Part shown: positions 38,863 to 47,552 of the stretch, piece by piece
Numbering within the stretch: the stretch's first letter is position 1
How the letters are laid out: each line of letters begins with the position of its first letter
Source: Bacteroidota bacterium
GTDB taxonomy: Bacteria; Bacteroidota; Bacteroidia; UKL13-3
Length of the DNA stretch: 60,831 nt
Direction: 5' to 3'
NCBI GenBank assembly: GCA_947446605.1
Contig: CANFHJ010000003.1
Span: forward strand, 1-60,831
Translations under genes and position numbers: made by a program
Notes under the pieces: model-generated
What the model saw: the letters and a program-made list of their open reading frames with translations, nothing else
Database searches by the model: none
Told to the model about the DNA's origin: nothing

Positions 38863-40902
38863 TTAGAAGGGTTTATTTGCTTTTGTTTCTTGTTGTGCCT
38901 GCATGGCATACATTTCATCTCTCAGTCGGGCCGCTTCCATAAAGTCCATCTCTTTTGCTGCTTTGTACATACGCTTTCTTGTTTCTTCAATTGCCTTGCC
39001 TAATTGGTCTGTGTTCATAGCTTTGAATACAGGATCAGCGGCAATATTAATGGCATCATTCTCTACATAAGGAATAGCGGTCTTGCTTATTTGAGAATCA
39101 GCAACACTGGTTTGATTCATGATGTCTTGAATACTCTTAACCACAGTGGTTGGTGTTATGCCATGTTTAGTATTATAGGCTATTTGAATTTCGCGTTTGC
39201 GGTCGTTTTCGTCCATGGTTCTGCGCATGCTATCCGTAATTCTATCTGCATACATAATTACTTTACCACGTGAATTTCTTGCCGCTCTACCAATTGTTTG
39301 TGTGAGTGATTTGTCATTTCTCAAGAAGCCTTCTTTATCGGCATCCATAATAGCCACCAAACTTACTTCTGGTAAATCTAAACCCTCTCTTAAAAGGTTA
39401 ACACCTATTAAAACATCAAATTTACCTAAACGTAAATCACGTAAAATCTCTACCCTGTCAATGGTTTTAACTTCACTGTGTATGTAGCGGCATTTGATAT
39501 TTAACTTGGTAAAATATTTGCTCAATTCTTCTGCCATTCTTTTGGTTAGGGTAGTAACCAAAATACGGTCGCCCATTTTTATGCGCTCATCAATTTCATC
39601 CAATAAATCATCCACTTGGTTCAAACAAGGTTTTACTTCAATGATAGGATCTAAGAGGCCGGTAGGACGAATAATTTGTTCTACCACCACACCTTCGGCT
39701 TCTCTTACTTCGTATTCAGAAGGAGTAGCGCTTACAAAAACCGTTTGCGGAACCAATGCTTCAAATTCGTTGAATTTGAGCGGACGGTTATCCATGGCAG
39801 AGGGTAACCTAAAACCATATTCTACCAAATTTTCTTTTCTACTTCTATCGCCACCATACATGGCTCTTACTTGCGGCATGGTAGCATGACTTTCATCTAC
39901 AATTAATAGGAAGTCTTCTGGGAAATAATCTATCAAACAAAATGGACGGTCGCCAGGATTTCTTTTGTCCATGTAACGACTATAATTTTCTATCCCACTG
40001 CAATATCCCAATTCACGCATCATTTCTAAATCGAAATTGGTTCTCTCTTCTAGGCGTTTTGCCTCTAAAGGTTTTCCAATAGATTTAAAATATTCAATTT
40101 GTAAAACCAGGTCGTCCTGAATGTCTCTAATTGCACTGTTTAATTGGTCTTTTGGCGTTACATAAATATTGGCTGGAAAAATTGCCAAGTGTTCCACTGA
40201 TTCAATTTTCTTCCCACTCACTGGGTCAATAATGGTTAATTCTTCAATGTCATTTCCAAAAAACGAAATGCGAAAAGCGATATCCGCATAAGCAGGAAAA
40301 ACATCAACCACATCACCTTTTACCCTAAAATTTCCACGTTGAAAATCTGCAGTAGTTCTGCTATAGAGTGCATCAACTAGGGAGTATAATAATGTATTGC
40401 GCGAAATTTTATCTCCAATTTTTATACGAATGATACTGTTTTCATAGTCCTTTGGATTTCCTGCTCCGTAAATACAACTCACAGATGCCAAAACAATAAT
40501 ATCTCTTCTGCCACTTAATAGGGAAGAAGTTGTTTTCAATCGCAGTTTTTCAATTTCTTGGTTAATCTGTAAATCTTTTTCTATATAGGTATTGCTGGTG
40601 GGAATAAATGCTTCTGGTTGGTAGTAGTCGTAATAAGAAACAAAATACTCAACAGCATTTTCAGGGAAAAATTGTTGAAACTCTCCAAACAATTGGGCAA
40701 CTAAGGTTTTATTATGACTTATAATAAGTGTTGGCTTTTTAACCTGGGCAATTACATTGGCCATGGTAAAAGTTTTACCCGAACCGGTAACTCCTAAGAG
40801 TACTTGTGCTCTATCGCCACGATTGATTCCTTCTACCAAACTTTTAATGGCTGCAGGTTGATCACCCGTTGGAACAAATTGAGAAGTTAATTGAAAATCC
40901 AC
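38863..40902 (-). CDS. uvrB: Excinuclease ABC subunit B
   Basis: GDQPAAI, GVTGSGKTFT and DESH motifs plus the C-terminal UVR domain (FMEAARLRDEMYAM). GTG start. Confidence 0.97.
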   Translation of the reverse strand: MDFQLTSQFVPTGDQPAAIKSLVEGINRGDRAQVLLGVTGSGKTFTMANVIAQVKKPTLIISHNKTLVAQLFGEFQQFFPENAVEYFVSYYDYYQPEAFIPTSNTYIEKDLQINQEIEKLRLKTTSSLLSGRRDIIVLASVSCIYGAGNPKDYENSIIRIKIGDKISRNTLLYSLVDALYSRTTADFQRGNFRVKGDVVDVFPAYADIAFRISFFGNDIEELTIIDPVSGKKIESVEHLAIFPANIYVTPKDQLNSAIRDIQDDLVLQIEYFKSIGKPLEAKRLEERTNFDLEMMRELGYCSGIENYSRYMDKRNPGDRPFCLIDYFPEDFLLIVDESHATMPQVRAMYGGDRSRKENLVEYGFRLPSAMDNRPLKFNEFEALVPQTVFVSATPSEYEVREAEGVVVEQIIRPTGLLDPIIEVKPCLNQVDDLLDEIDERIKMGDRILVTTLTKRMAEELSKYFTKLNIKCRYIHSEVKTIDRVEILRDLRLGKFDVLIGVNLLREGLDLPEVSLVAIMDADKEGFLRNDKSLTQTIGRAARNSRGKVIMYADRITDSMRRTMDENDRKREIQIAYNTKHGITPTTVVKSIQDIMNQTSVADSQISKTAIPYVENDAINIAADPVFKAMNTDQLGKAIEETRKRMYKAAKEMDFMEAARLRDEMYAMQAQQETKANKPF

Positions 40903-40911
40903 TTTGTGTTT

Positions 40912-42153
40912 TTATGCGTTTAATAATTCTTGTCTTAACATTTCAAGTGCGGCTAATGCACTGCGTTGAATTGTTCTTTCTCTGTTATCACCAAATTGAA
41001 AACACTTAGCAATAACTTGTGTAGGTGTTGCTAATGAAATCCAAACGGTGCCAACAGGTTTTTGTTTAGTGCCTCCGCCAGGACCAGCAATTCCGCTTGT
41101 AGCAAGCGCATAGTCTGTTTTAAATTTTGTTCTAATTTTGCTAGCCATTTCAATAACACATGCTTCACTTACTGCGCCATTTTCGTTAATGGTTGTTTCT
41201 GCTACACCAATTTCGTTTATTTTTATTTGGTTGGCATAACTTAGGATCGAACCAACAAAATAATTAGAACTTCCAGGAACTAAAGTTATTTGGTGTGCAA
41301 GAAAACCGCCTGTACAACTTTCGGCTGTTGCAATGGTTTTTTTTCTGACATTTAATAAATCACCTACAACTTCAGCAATTGATTTTTCTCCTTCAGCAAA
41401 AATTGCCTCGCCAATGAGTTGATATAAATGTGCAACTATTGCTTGTAGTTCTAATTCCAATTCTTCTTTATTTTCACCAAAAGCGCTAAAGCGAAGCCTT
41501 ACGGAACCAACGGCTGGCAAGTAGGCTAGTTTGATATGTGTAGGAAGAATATCCTCTAAAACTGCTATTCTTTTTGCTAGAAAACTTTCACCTATGCCAA
41601 TTGTTTGGAAAGTTCTATGAACAATAGAAGGTAATTTAAAAACGGTTTTAATTTTAGAAACTACCTCTTCTTCAAAAATTGTTTTCATTTCAAAGGGTAC
41701 ACCAGGCATACTTATATATGCAACGCCATTTTCATAAAACCACATGCCAGGTGCGGTTCCGTTTTTGTTCCATAAAACAGAACAATTTTTTGGAACCATT
41801 GCTTGTTGGTTATTTGATTCCAACATAGGAAGATTTCTGTTTTTAAAAATAGATTGCACCCATTCCAAAACTTTTTGGTTCAATACCAATTCAGATTTAA
41901 AAAATTCGCACATCGTTGTTTTGGTAATATCATCTTTTGTAGGGCCAAGTCCACCAGTTATTATTATAACATTACTTCTCTTGCTTGCCTCAAACAGTGA
42001 TGAGAGTATGGCCTCGCGGCTATCGCTAATTGCAGATTTGTAATGAACGCGCAATCCAATCTTATTTAATTCTTGACCGAGCCAAGAAGAATTTGTATCA
42101 ATAACTTGTCCTAATAAAAGTTCATCACCAATTGTAATTATTTCTGCGTTCAT
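40912..42153 (-). CDS. cinA: CinA-family protein (MoCF-binding domain plus nicotinamide-nucleotide amidase domain)
   Basis: MNAEIITIGDELLLGQVIDTNS, ITGGLGPTKDDIT, and the C-terminal TAESCTGG PncC-like motif. Confidence 0.9.
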   Translation of the reverse strand: MNAEIITIGDELLLGQVIDTNSSWLGQELNKIGLRVHYKSAISDSREAILSSLFEASKRSNVIIITGGLGPTKDDITKTTMCEFFKSELVLNQKVLEWVQSIFKNRNLPMLESNNQQAMVPKNCSVLWNKNGTAPGMWFYENGVAYISMPGVPFEMKTIFEEEVVSKIKTVFKLPSIVHRTFQTIGIGESFLAKRIAVLEDILPTHIKLAYLPAVGSVRLRFSAFGENKEELELELQAIVAHLYQLIGEAIFAEGEKSIAEVVGDLLNVRKKTIATAESCTGGFLAHQITLVPGSSNYFVGSILSYANQIKINEIGVAETTINENGAVSEACVIEMASKIRTKFKTDYALATSGIAGPGGGTKQKPVGTVWISLATPTQVIAKCFQFGDNRERTIQRSALAALEMLRQELLNA

Positions 42154-42654
42154 TTATTTTTTTTACTTAGTTTTCGATGTTTGGTTTAAAGGTAAGCTTA
42201 GATATGATTAGAAAAAAATATTGCAGCTATTTTTTTTCTGTTCTATAGAAAACATTTATCCTAATATTTTTATAAAACTGTACAAAAAAATATACTCATT
42301 TTTATGTTTTCTTTCAATTTTTATACTTTGTTTATCATTTACGTTTATATGAATGTGTTTTAAAAAATTTCATTTTATTTTCAATAAATTTTAAATACGA
42401 TGCCTTAAGATGCTAGTATTTATAGGTTATTGCAGCTGCTTATGTTTTATTTTTATTCAATTTTATTTTATAAAATCACAATTGAATAAATTTGATCATG
42501 AATCTATGATGATTTTTTTTTGAAGTATTTAATCACATATTTACGAATGTTATGATGACTGAAGATAATAGTAGATTCAATTGTCTTCAGATGTTGTTTG
42601 CAGTTATCAACATGTTTAAGTGGTAATTTTTATCAATTGATTTACAGCAGGTAC

Positions 42655-42684
42655 TTGAAATTATTAAATACACTTTTAACTTTG
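42655..42684 (+). promoter_or_regulatory. Candidate promoter of the H1-like gene (TTG-N19-TAACTTTG)
   Basis: TTG at 42655-42657, a 19-nt spacer, then TAACTTTG at 42677-42684, 30 nt before the ATG. Confidence 0.5.
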
Positions 42685-42713
42685 TTTTCGTAATCAATCA
42701 AATTTTTATAAAC

Positions 42714-43049
42714 ATGGCAACAACCAAAAAAACTAAAAAAGCTGCTGCTCCTAAGAAAGCTGCTGCTAAGAAAGCTGCTCCTAAGAAAGCTGCTGCAAAA
42801 AAAGCTGCTCCTAAAAAAGCTGCTGCTAAAAAAGCTGCTCCTAAGAAAGCTGCTGCTAAGAAAGCTGCTCCTAAAAAAGCTGCTGCTAAGAAAGCTGCTC
42901 CTAAGAAAGCTGCTGCTCCTAAGAAAGCTGCTGCTAAGAAAGCTGCTCCTAAGAAAGCTGCTGCTCCTAAAAAAGCTGCTGCTCCTAAGAAAGCTGCTGC
43001 TAAGAAAGCTGCTCCTAAGAAAGCTGCTGCTAAGAAAGCTTCAAAATAA
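42714..43049 (+). CDS. Histone H1-like Ala/Lys/Pro repeat protein
   Basis: 111 aa built almost entirely of KKAAAPKKAAA units. A -7 box lies upstream and a strong terminator downstream. Confidence 0.8.
   Translation: MATTKKTKKAAAPKKAAAKKAAPKKAAAKKAAPKKAAAKKAAPKKAAAKKAAPKKAAAKKAAPKKAAAPKKAAAKKAAPKKAAAPKKAAAPKKAAAKKAAPKKAAAKKASK
42738..43040 (+). repeat. In-frame tandem repeat, 30-nt (AAPKKAAAKK) and 27-nt variants, within the H1-like CDS
   Basis: GCTGCTCCTAAGAAAGCTGCTGCTAAGAAA is reiterated, differing only by synonymous AAG/AAA and GCT/GCA changes and by occasional loss or gain of one Ala codon. Confidence 0.95.
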
Positions 43050-43074
43050 TTCTGACTTAGTTAAGAATTTAAAC

Positions 43075-43110
43075 ATAAAAAAGGTCCCCAATGGTGGGAC
43101 CTTTTTTATT
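43075..43110 (+). terminator. Intrinsic terminator after the H1-like gene
   Basis: AAAAAA-GGTCCC, a loop, then GGGACC followed by TTTTTTATTTT. Confidence 0.8.
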
Positions 43111-43137
43111 TTATGAAGGTCAACAAAAAAATATTTT

Positions 43138-43284
43138 ATGAAAGCCAAAAACATTTTTCTCTTGTTCGCCTGCTTATTTTTATTAATTGGCAGTGCTTGT
43201 AAAGTTAAACGTTGTGCTAGTTTTGAAAGCCAGGACAATGAATATAAACTTAAGTATGATCGGAATGGGCGTGTGAGGCGATAA
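43138..43284 (+). CDS. Possible small lipoprotein (48 aa), below the ORF-track length cutoff
   Basis: Hand translation: MKAKNIFLLFACLFLLIGSAC/KVKRCASFESQDNEYKLKYDRNGRVRR*. The N-terminus reads as a lipoprotein signal peptide. It overlaps the mfd 3' end convergently by 35 nt. Confidence 0.4.
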   Translation: MKAKNIFLLFACLFLLIGSACKVKRCASFESQDNEYKLKYDRNGRVRR

Positions 43285-46200
43285 GATTACCCAGTTCTTC
43301 AAAATAGTGAATGGCTTGTTTAATGGTATTCACTTCATGAAATAGTAATATCAAGTTTTGGTTACTTTGTTTCAATTTGCAAAGCCTTCCTCTTTGTTCT
43401 ACAAATTTTAGTATTGCACTAAACACCTCAGATTGGTAATAATATTGTTTTTGTTCTGAAGGGAAGTATGCCAATAATTGATGTTTCTTTAAAATCAATT
43501 TTTCAAATCCAAACTTTTTACCCAATTCTCTTAATTGAATTAGCGCAATTAAATCGTGCACTTCTTGTGGTACTTTTCCAAATCTATCTTCTAATTGTAT
43601 GGCAAATTTCCCCAAGTCTTCCATGCTTTCCATAGCCGATAAGGAATTGTATAAGCTCAATCGTTCGCCTATGTTTCTAACATAATGATCTGGTATGAGG
43701 GCTTCAAAATCTGTTTCTAAATTGCAGTCTTTTGCTTCTAATTTATTTACAGGTTTTTCGTCTTTAAACAATTCGGCAAACTCATCTTCTTTTAATTCGT
43801 GGATGGCTTCGTCCAAAATTTTATGGTACATCTCAAAGCCTATTTCTGCTATAAATCCACTCTGCTCACCACCCAGTAAATTTCCAGCACCTCTAATATC
43901 AAGGTCGCGCATGGCCACATTAAAGCCACTTCCTAAATCACTAAATTCTTCTATGGCTTGTAATCTTTTTCTGGCATCAACGCTAAGGCCGGTCATGGCT
44001 GGAACCAATAAATAACAGAATGCTTTTTTATTGCTTCTCCCAACACGACCGCGCATTTGGTGTAAATCACTTAGGCCAAACATGTGTGCGTTGTTAATGA
44101 TAATGGTATTTGCATTTGAAATATCTAGGCCAGCTTCAATAATAGTAGTTGCTACCAGCACATCGTATTCGCCTTCTATAAAACGCATCATCACATCTTC
44201 CAAATGATCGCCTTCTAATTGTCCATGTGCTACGGCAACTTTAATTCCCGGACAAAGACGTTCTAAGTGTGCAGCAACTTCATAAATATCTTTTACTCTG
44301 TGGTGCACAAAGAAAACCTGTCCGCCGCGTTCTACTTCATTCATGATGGCCTCTTGTATAATTTCATCGTTGTAATTATACATAGCGGTTTCTACGGCCT
44401 GTCTGTTGGCAGGAGGAGTGTTTATAATGGATAAGTCTCTTGCACCCATTAATGAAAAATGTAAGGTTCTTGGAATGGGAGTGGCTGTTAGCGTTAGCGT
44501 GTCGACATTGGTTTTGAAAGCTTTTAATTTTTCTTTTGCAGCTACACCAAATTTTTGTTCTTCATCAATAATGAGCAAGCCGAGGTCTTTAAATTTTGTG
44601 TCTTTGCTTAGGAGTCTGTGTGTACCAATTACTAAATCTAGTTTACCTTCCTCCAGTTTTTTCATGACCACCTTTTGTTCGGCGGCAGATTTAAACCTAT
44701 TTATATAATCAATGTTACAAGGGAAGTCTTTTAAGCGTTCTTTAAAGGTTCTAAAATGTTGGTTCGCCAAAATGGTTGTTGGAACAAGGATGGCAACCTG
44801 CTTGCTGTCGCAGATAGATTTAAAGGCAGCACGGATTGCAATTTCCGTTTTACCAAAACCCACATCACCACAAATTAACCTGTCCATTGGATGTTCGTTT
44901 TCCATATCGCGCTTAACATCCGCTGTTGCTTTGCTTTGGTCTGGTGTATCTTCATACATAAAAGAAGCTTCCAACTCTACCTGCAAATAATTGTCGGGTG
45001 AAAAAGCAAAGCCTTGTTGCGCTTTTCTTTTGGCATACAGCTTTATTAAATCGCGGGCAATGTCTTTTACTTTTTTCTTGGTATTGCTCTTTAGTTTTTC
45101 CCATGCATCACTTCCCAATTTATTCATGCGTGGTTCGGAACCTTCTTTCCCTACATACTTAGAAATTTTATGCAAGGAATTAATACTTACATATAATAAA
45201 TCATTGTCGCGGTAAACCAAACGAACCGCTTCTTGCAAGTGACCATTCAATTCTAATTTTTCGAGGCCAGCAAATTTTCCAATACCATGGTCAATATGCG
45301 TAACATAGTCTCCAGGTCTTAATTCTCTTAGTTCTTTTAGGGTAAGTAATTTATTTCCGGCATAACCACTTTTTATTTTTCCTTTATAAAACCTATCAAA
45401 AATTTGGTGTTCGGTATAAAAGGCACATTGAATTTTGTGGTCTATAAAACCATTGCTCATACCATGGTAAATGGGTTCAAATTTTACGTCTTTGTCTAAG
45501 TCGTCAAAGATGGTATAAAGGCGTTCAACTTGTCTGCTGCTTTCGCTAAAAATGAAATTTTTATAACCCTTGGCTGTATTGTCCTTCAGGTTTTCAATGA
45601 GCATTTTAAAGTTTTTATGGAAAAGCGGTTGGGGACTAATTTGAAAATCTATGCTCTCCGTTGCTTTCAATGATTTTCTAATTCCAAATTCTATCAATTG
45701 AAATTTTTCAAGTGCAGCTTTCCATTCTTGGGCTTTCATCCAAGTTTCTTCTGCGCCCTCAAATTTGATATCTTCTTTGTCAATAAATTGTTTTGGGTCG
45801 AACTTTATAGCTTTCTCAAAGCCACGCGTAATCTGTTCTTTGGCTTGGTTGAGGTCTTGGATCCAAAATAAAGTATTGGCAGGGAGGTAATCAAATAGTT
45901 TCTGTTTTTTAGATATTTCCCGCTGCACATTTGGGATAATAAAAAAGCGGTCGACTTTCTTTACAGATAATTGATCATAGGGTTCAAAGATGCGGATGCT
46001 CTCTATTTGATCGCCGTTTAATTCTATTCTATAAGGCTTATCGTTGCTAAAAGAATACACATCTACAATTCCTCCTCTGATGCTAAACTGACCGGCTTCA
46101 TATACAAAATCACTTCTTTCAAAATGGTGTTCGGCCAAAAACTCCATAAAGAATTCCAAATCAAAAGCGTCGCCCACTTTAAGTTCGTAGGTATTCTGAC

Positions 46201-46621
46201 TCAAATCTGCCTCACTCATTACCCACTCACACATGGCTTCTGCGGTGGTAATTACCCATTCTGCTTTTGCGTAATTTTGGTTCAGCCTATTTAATACTTC
46301 TGCTCTTTCTAAAACTTGTTGGTTGTTGATGGTTTCTGGTTGAAAGCTTCTTTTATAGGATGCAGGAAAGAAATTGATGGTTTTACCTGGAATAAAATTT
46401 TCTAAATCTGAAGAGATATACCTGGCATCTTCGGCGGTATTGCATACTATGATATTTACCTTATTGTCTTGCTCGTATTGCATGGCAGCAAGCAAGGCAC
46501 TGGCCGAACCAAGTAGCCCATTTAAATGAACTACTTTGTTTTGTTTATTGGCAAGCGCTTGGTTAAATTCAGCAAAGGCTTCCGAAGGGAGGTAAATATC
46601 AAAAATGTCTTGTAACTTCAT
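43250..46621 (-). CDS. mfd: Transcription-repair coupling factor
   Basis: 1123 aa with superfamily 2 helicase motifs (GDVGFGKTE, IIDEEQKFG) and the TRCF/CarD-like domain (GDYVTHIDHGIGKF). Confidence 0.96.
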   Translation of the reverse strand: MKLQDIFDIYLPSEAFAEFNQALANKQNKVVHLNGLLGSASALLAAMQYEQDNKVNIIVCNTAEDARYISSDLENFIPGKTINFFPASYKRSFQPETINNQQVLERAEVLNRLNQNYAKAEWVITTAEAMCEWVMSEADLSQNTYELKVGDAFDLEFFMEFLAEHHFERSDFVYEAGQFSIRGGIVDVYSFSNDKPYRIELNGDQIESIRIFEPYDQLSVKKVDRFFIIPNVQREISKKQKLFDYLPANTLFWIQDLNQAKEQITRGFEKAIKFDPKQFIDKEDIKFEGAEETWMKAQEWKAALEKFQLIEFGIRKSLKATESIDFQISPQPLFHKNFKMLIENLKDNTAKGYKNFIFSESSRQVERLYTIFDDLDKDVKFEPIYHGMSNGFIDHKIQCAFYTEHQIFDRFYKGKIKSGYAGNKLLTLKELRELRPGDYVTHIDHGIGKFAGLEKLELNGHLQEAVRLVYRDNDLLYVSINSLHKISKYVGKEGSEPRMNKLGSDAWEKLKSNTKKKVKDIARDLIKLYAKRKAQQGFAFSPDNYLQVELEASFMYEDTPDQSKATADVKRDMENEHPMDRLICGDVGFGKTEIAIRAAFKSICDSKQVAILVPTTILANQHFRTFKERLKDFPCNIDYINRFKSAAEQKVVMKKLEEGKLDLVIGTHRLLSKDTKFKDLGLLIIDEEQKFGVAAKEKLKAFKTNVDTLTLTATPIPRTLHFSLMGARDLSIINTPPANRQAVETAMYNYNDEIIQEAIMNEVERGGQVFFVHHRVKDIYEVAAHLERLCPGIKVAVAHGQLEGDHLEDVMMRFIEGEYDVLVATTIIEAGLDISNANTIIINNAHMFGLSDLHQMRGRVGRSNKKAFCYLLVPAMTGLSVDARKRLQAIEEFSDLGSGFNVAMRDLDIRGAGNLLGGEQSGFIAEIGFEMYHKILDEAIHELKEDEFAELFKDEKPVNKLEAKDCNLETDFEALIPDHYVRNIGERLSLYNSLSAMESMEDLGKFAIQLEDRFGKVPQEVHDLIALIQLRELGKKFGFEKLILKKHQLLAYFPSEQKQYYYQSEVFSAILKFVEQRGRLCKLKQSNQNLILLFHEVNTIKQAIHYFEELGNLIASHAHSDHT

Positions 46622-46632
46622 AAAATAGTATA

Positions 46633-46659
46633 GCCCGGTGGAGTGCCGGGCGGTTTTTT
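46633..46659 (+). other. GC-rich hairpin plus T6, read on the plus strand, 12 nt from the mfd start codon
   Basis: Stem GCCCGG (46633-46638), loop TGGAGTG, stem CCGGGC (46646-46651), then GGTTTTTT. Both flanking genes are on the minus strand. Confidence 0.5.
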
Positions 46660-46715
46660 GTAGGGCGAAAATAAGGTTCTAGGAAGAGGAAAGAAAGTTT
46701 TGATGGAGAAATTAC

Positions 46716-47552
46716 TTACCTCCCCACCAAATAAATGCCATCGGGTTCAATTCTAATTTTCTTTTGTTTGTACAAAATACCAATGGCCTTTTTAAATACC
46801 TTTTTACTCAGTTTAAGGCGCGCTTGAACTTCTTCTGCCGGCGTATTGTCAGACATGTTTAAATACCCTTTGTTTTGTTTTAAAAGTTGAAGGATATTTT
46901 CTGTTTGGTCGTCTACATGTTTAAAGCCAATTTTTTGGATACTCAAATCCATTTCACCACCGTCTTTAATTTTCTTTACGTAGGCCTGCACTTGCTCGCC
47001 AATTCTAAGTCTACCAAACACCTCGTTATGGTAAATTAAGCCTTTAAATTTGTTGTTTACAATGGCTAAATAACCCAAAGGGGTATCGTCAAAAATGAGG
47101 GCAGTAACCGCATCATTTGCTTTTAAATTAAGGTCGTTGTTGTTTAGGTGTTTTTTAATTTTGCTCGAACCAACTAATCTATCTGTGCTTTCATCCAAAT
47201 ACAGGTAAACCACATAAGACTTGCCTTCAAGCATTGGTTCGGCCTGTTCTTTCATAGGCACCAACAGGTCTTTTTCCATGCCCCAATCCATAAAGGCACC
47301 AAAAGAATTTACTTGGTTGGTTCTTAAAAGTGCACAGCTGCCTAATTCAATTAGCGGAACAAGGGTAGTGGCAACAGGCCTGTCTTCAGAATCTTTATAG
47401 ATAAAAACTTCAAGCACTTCACCTTCTTTAAAAGATTTTGGGACAAATTTATTGGGTAAAAGTACTTCGTTTCCTTTTTTGTCTTCCAGGTACATGCCTG
47501 CGGCAGCGTTTCTTTTTGCCGTTAAGCTATGTCTTTTTCCTATTTCAATCAT
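46716..47552 (-). CDS. S1-like RNA-binding-domain protein (CvfB/YitL family)
   Basis: Repeated S1-like OB segments (GMYLEDKKGNEVLLP ..., GAFMDWGMEKDLLVP, GYLAIVNNKFKGLIYHNEV) and a C-terminal winged-helix-like tail. Confidence 0.75.
   Translation of the reverse strand: MIEIGKRHSLTAKRNAAAGMYLEDKKGNEVLLPNKFVPKSFKEGEVLEVFIYKDSEDRPVATTLVPLIELGSCALLRTNQVNSFGAFMDWGMEKDLLVPMKEQAEPMLEGKSYVVYLYLDESTDRLVGSSKIKKHLNNNDLNLKANDAVTALIFDDTPLGYLAIVNNKFKGLIYHNEVFGRLRIGEQVQAYVKKIKDGGEMDLSIQKIGFKHVDDQTENILQLLKQNKGYLNMSDNTPAEEVQARLKLSKKVFKKAIGILYKQKKIRIEPDGIYLVGR

Noticed and set aside
42738-43040. A regular ~30-nt periodic repeat that could superficially be taken for a CRISPR array.
   Set aside because: There are no unique spacers between repeats. 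The array is in-frame, fully coding (AAPKKAAAKK units), and has an ATG, a stop, a promoter and a terminator.
43041-43238. 65-aa minus-strand ORF listed in the track between the H1-like gene and mfd.
   Set aside because: It runs through the H1-like gene terminator hairpin and has no signal or motif. It is antisense to the more plausible 48-aa lipoprotein-like ORF on the plus strand.
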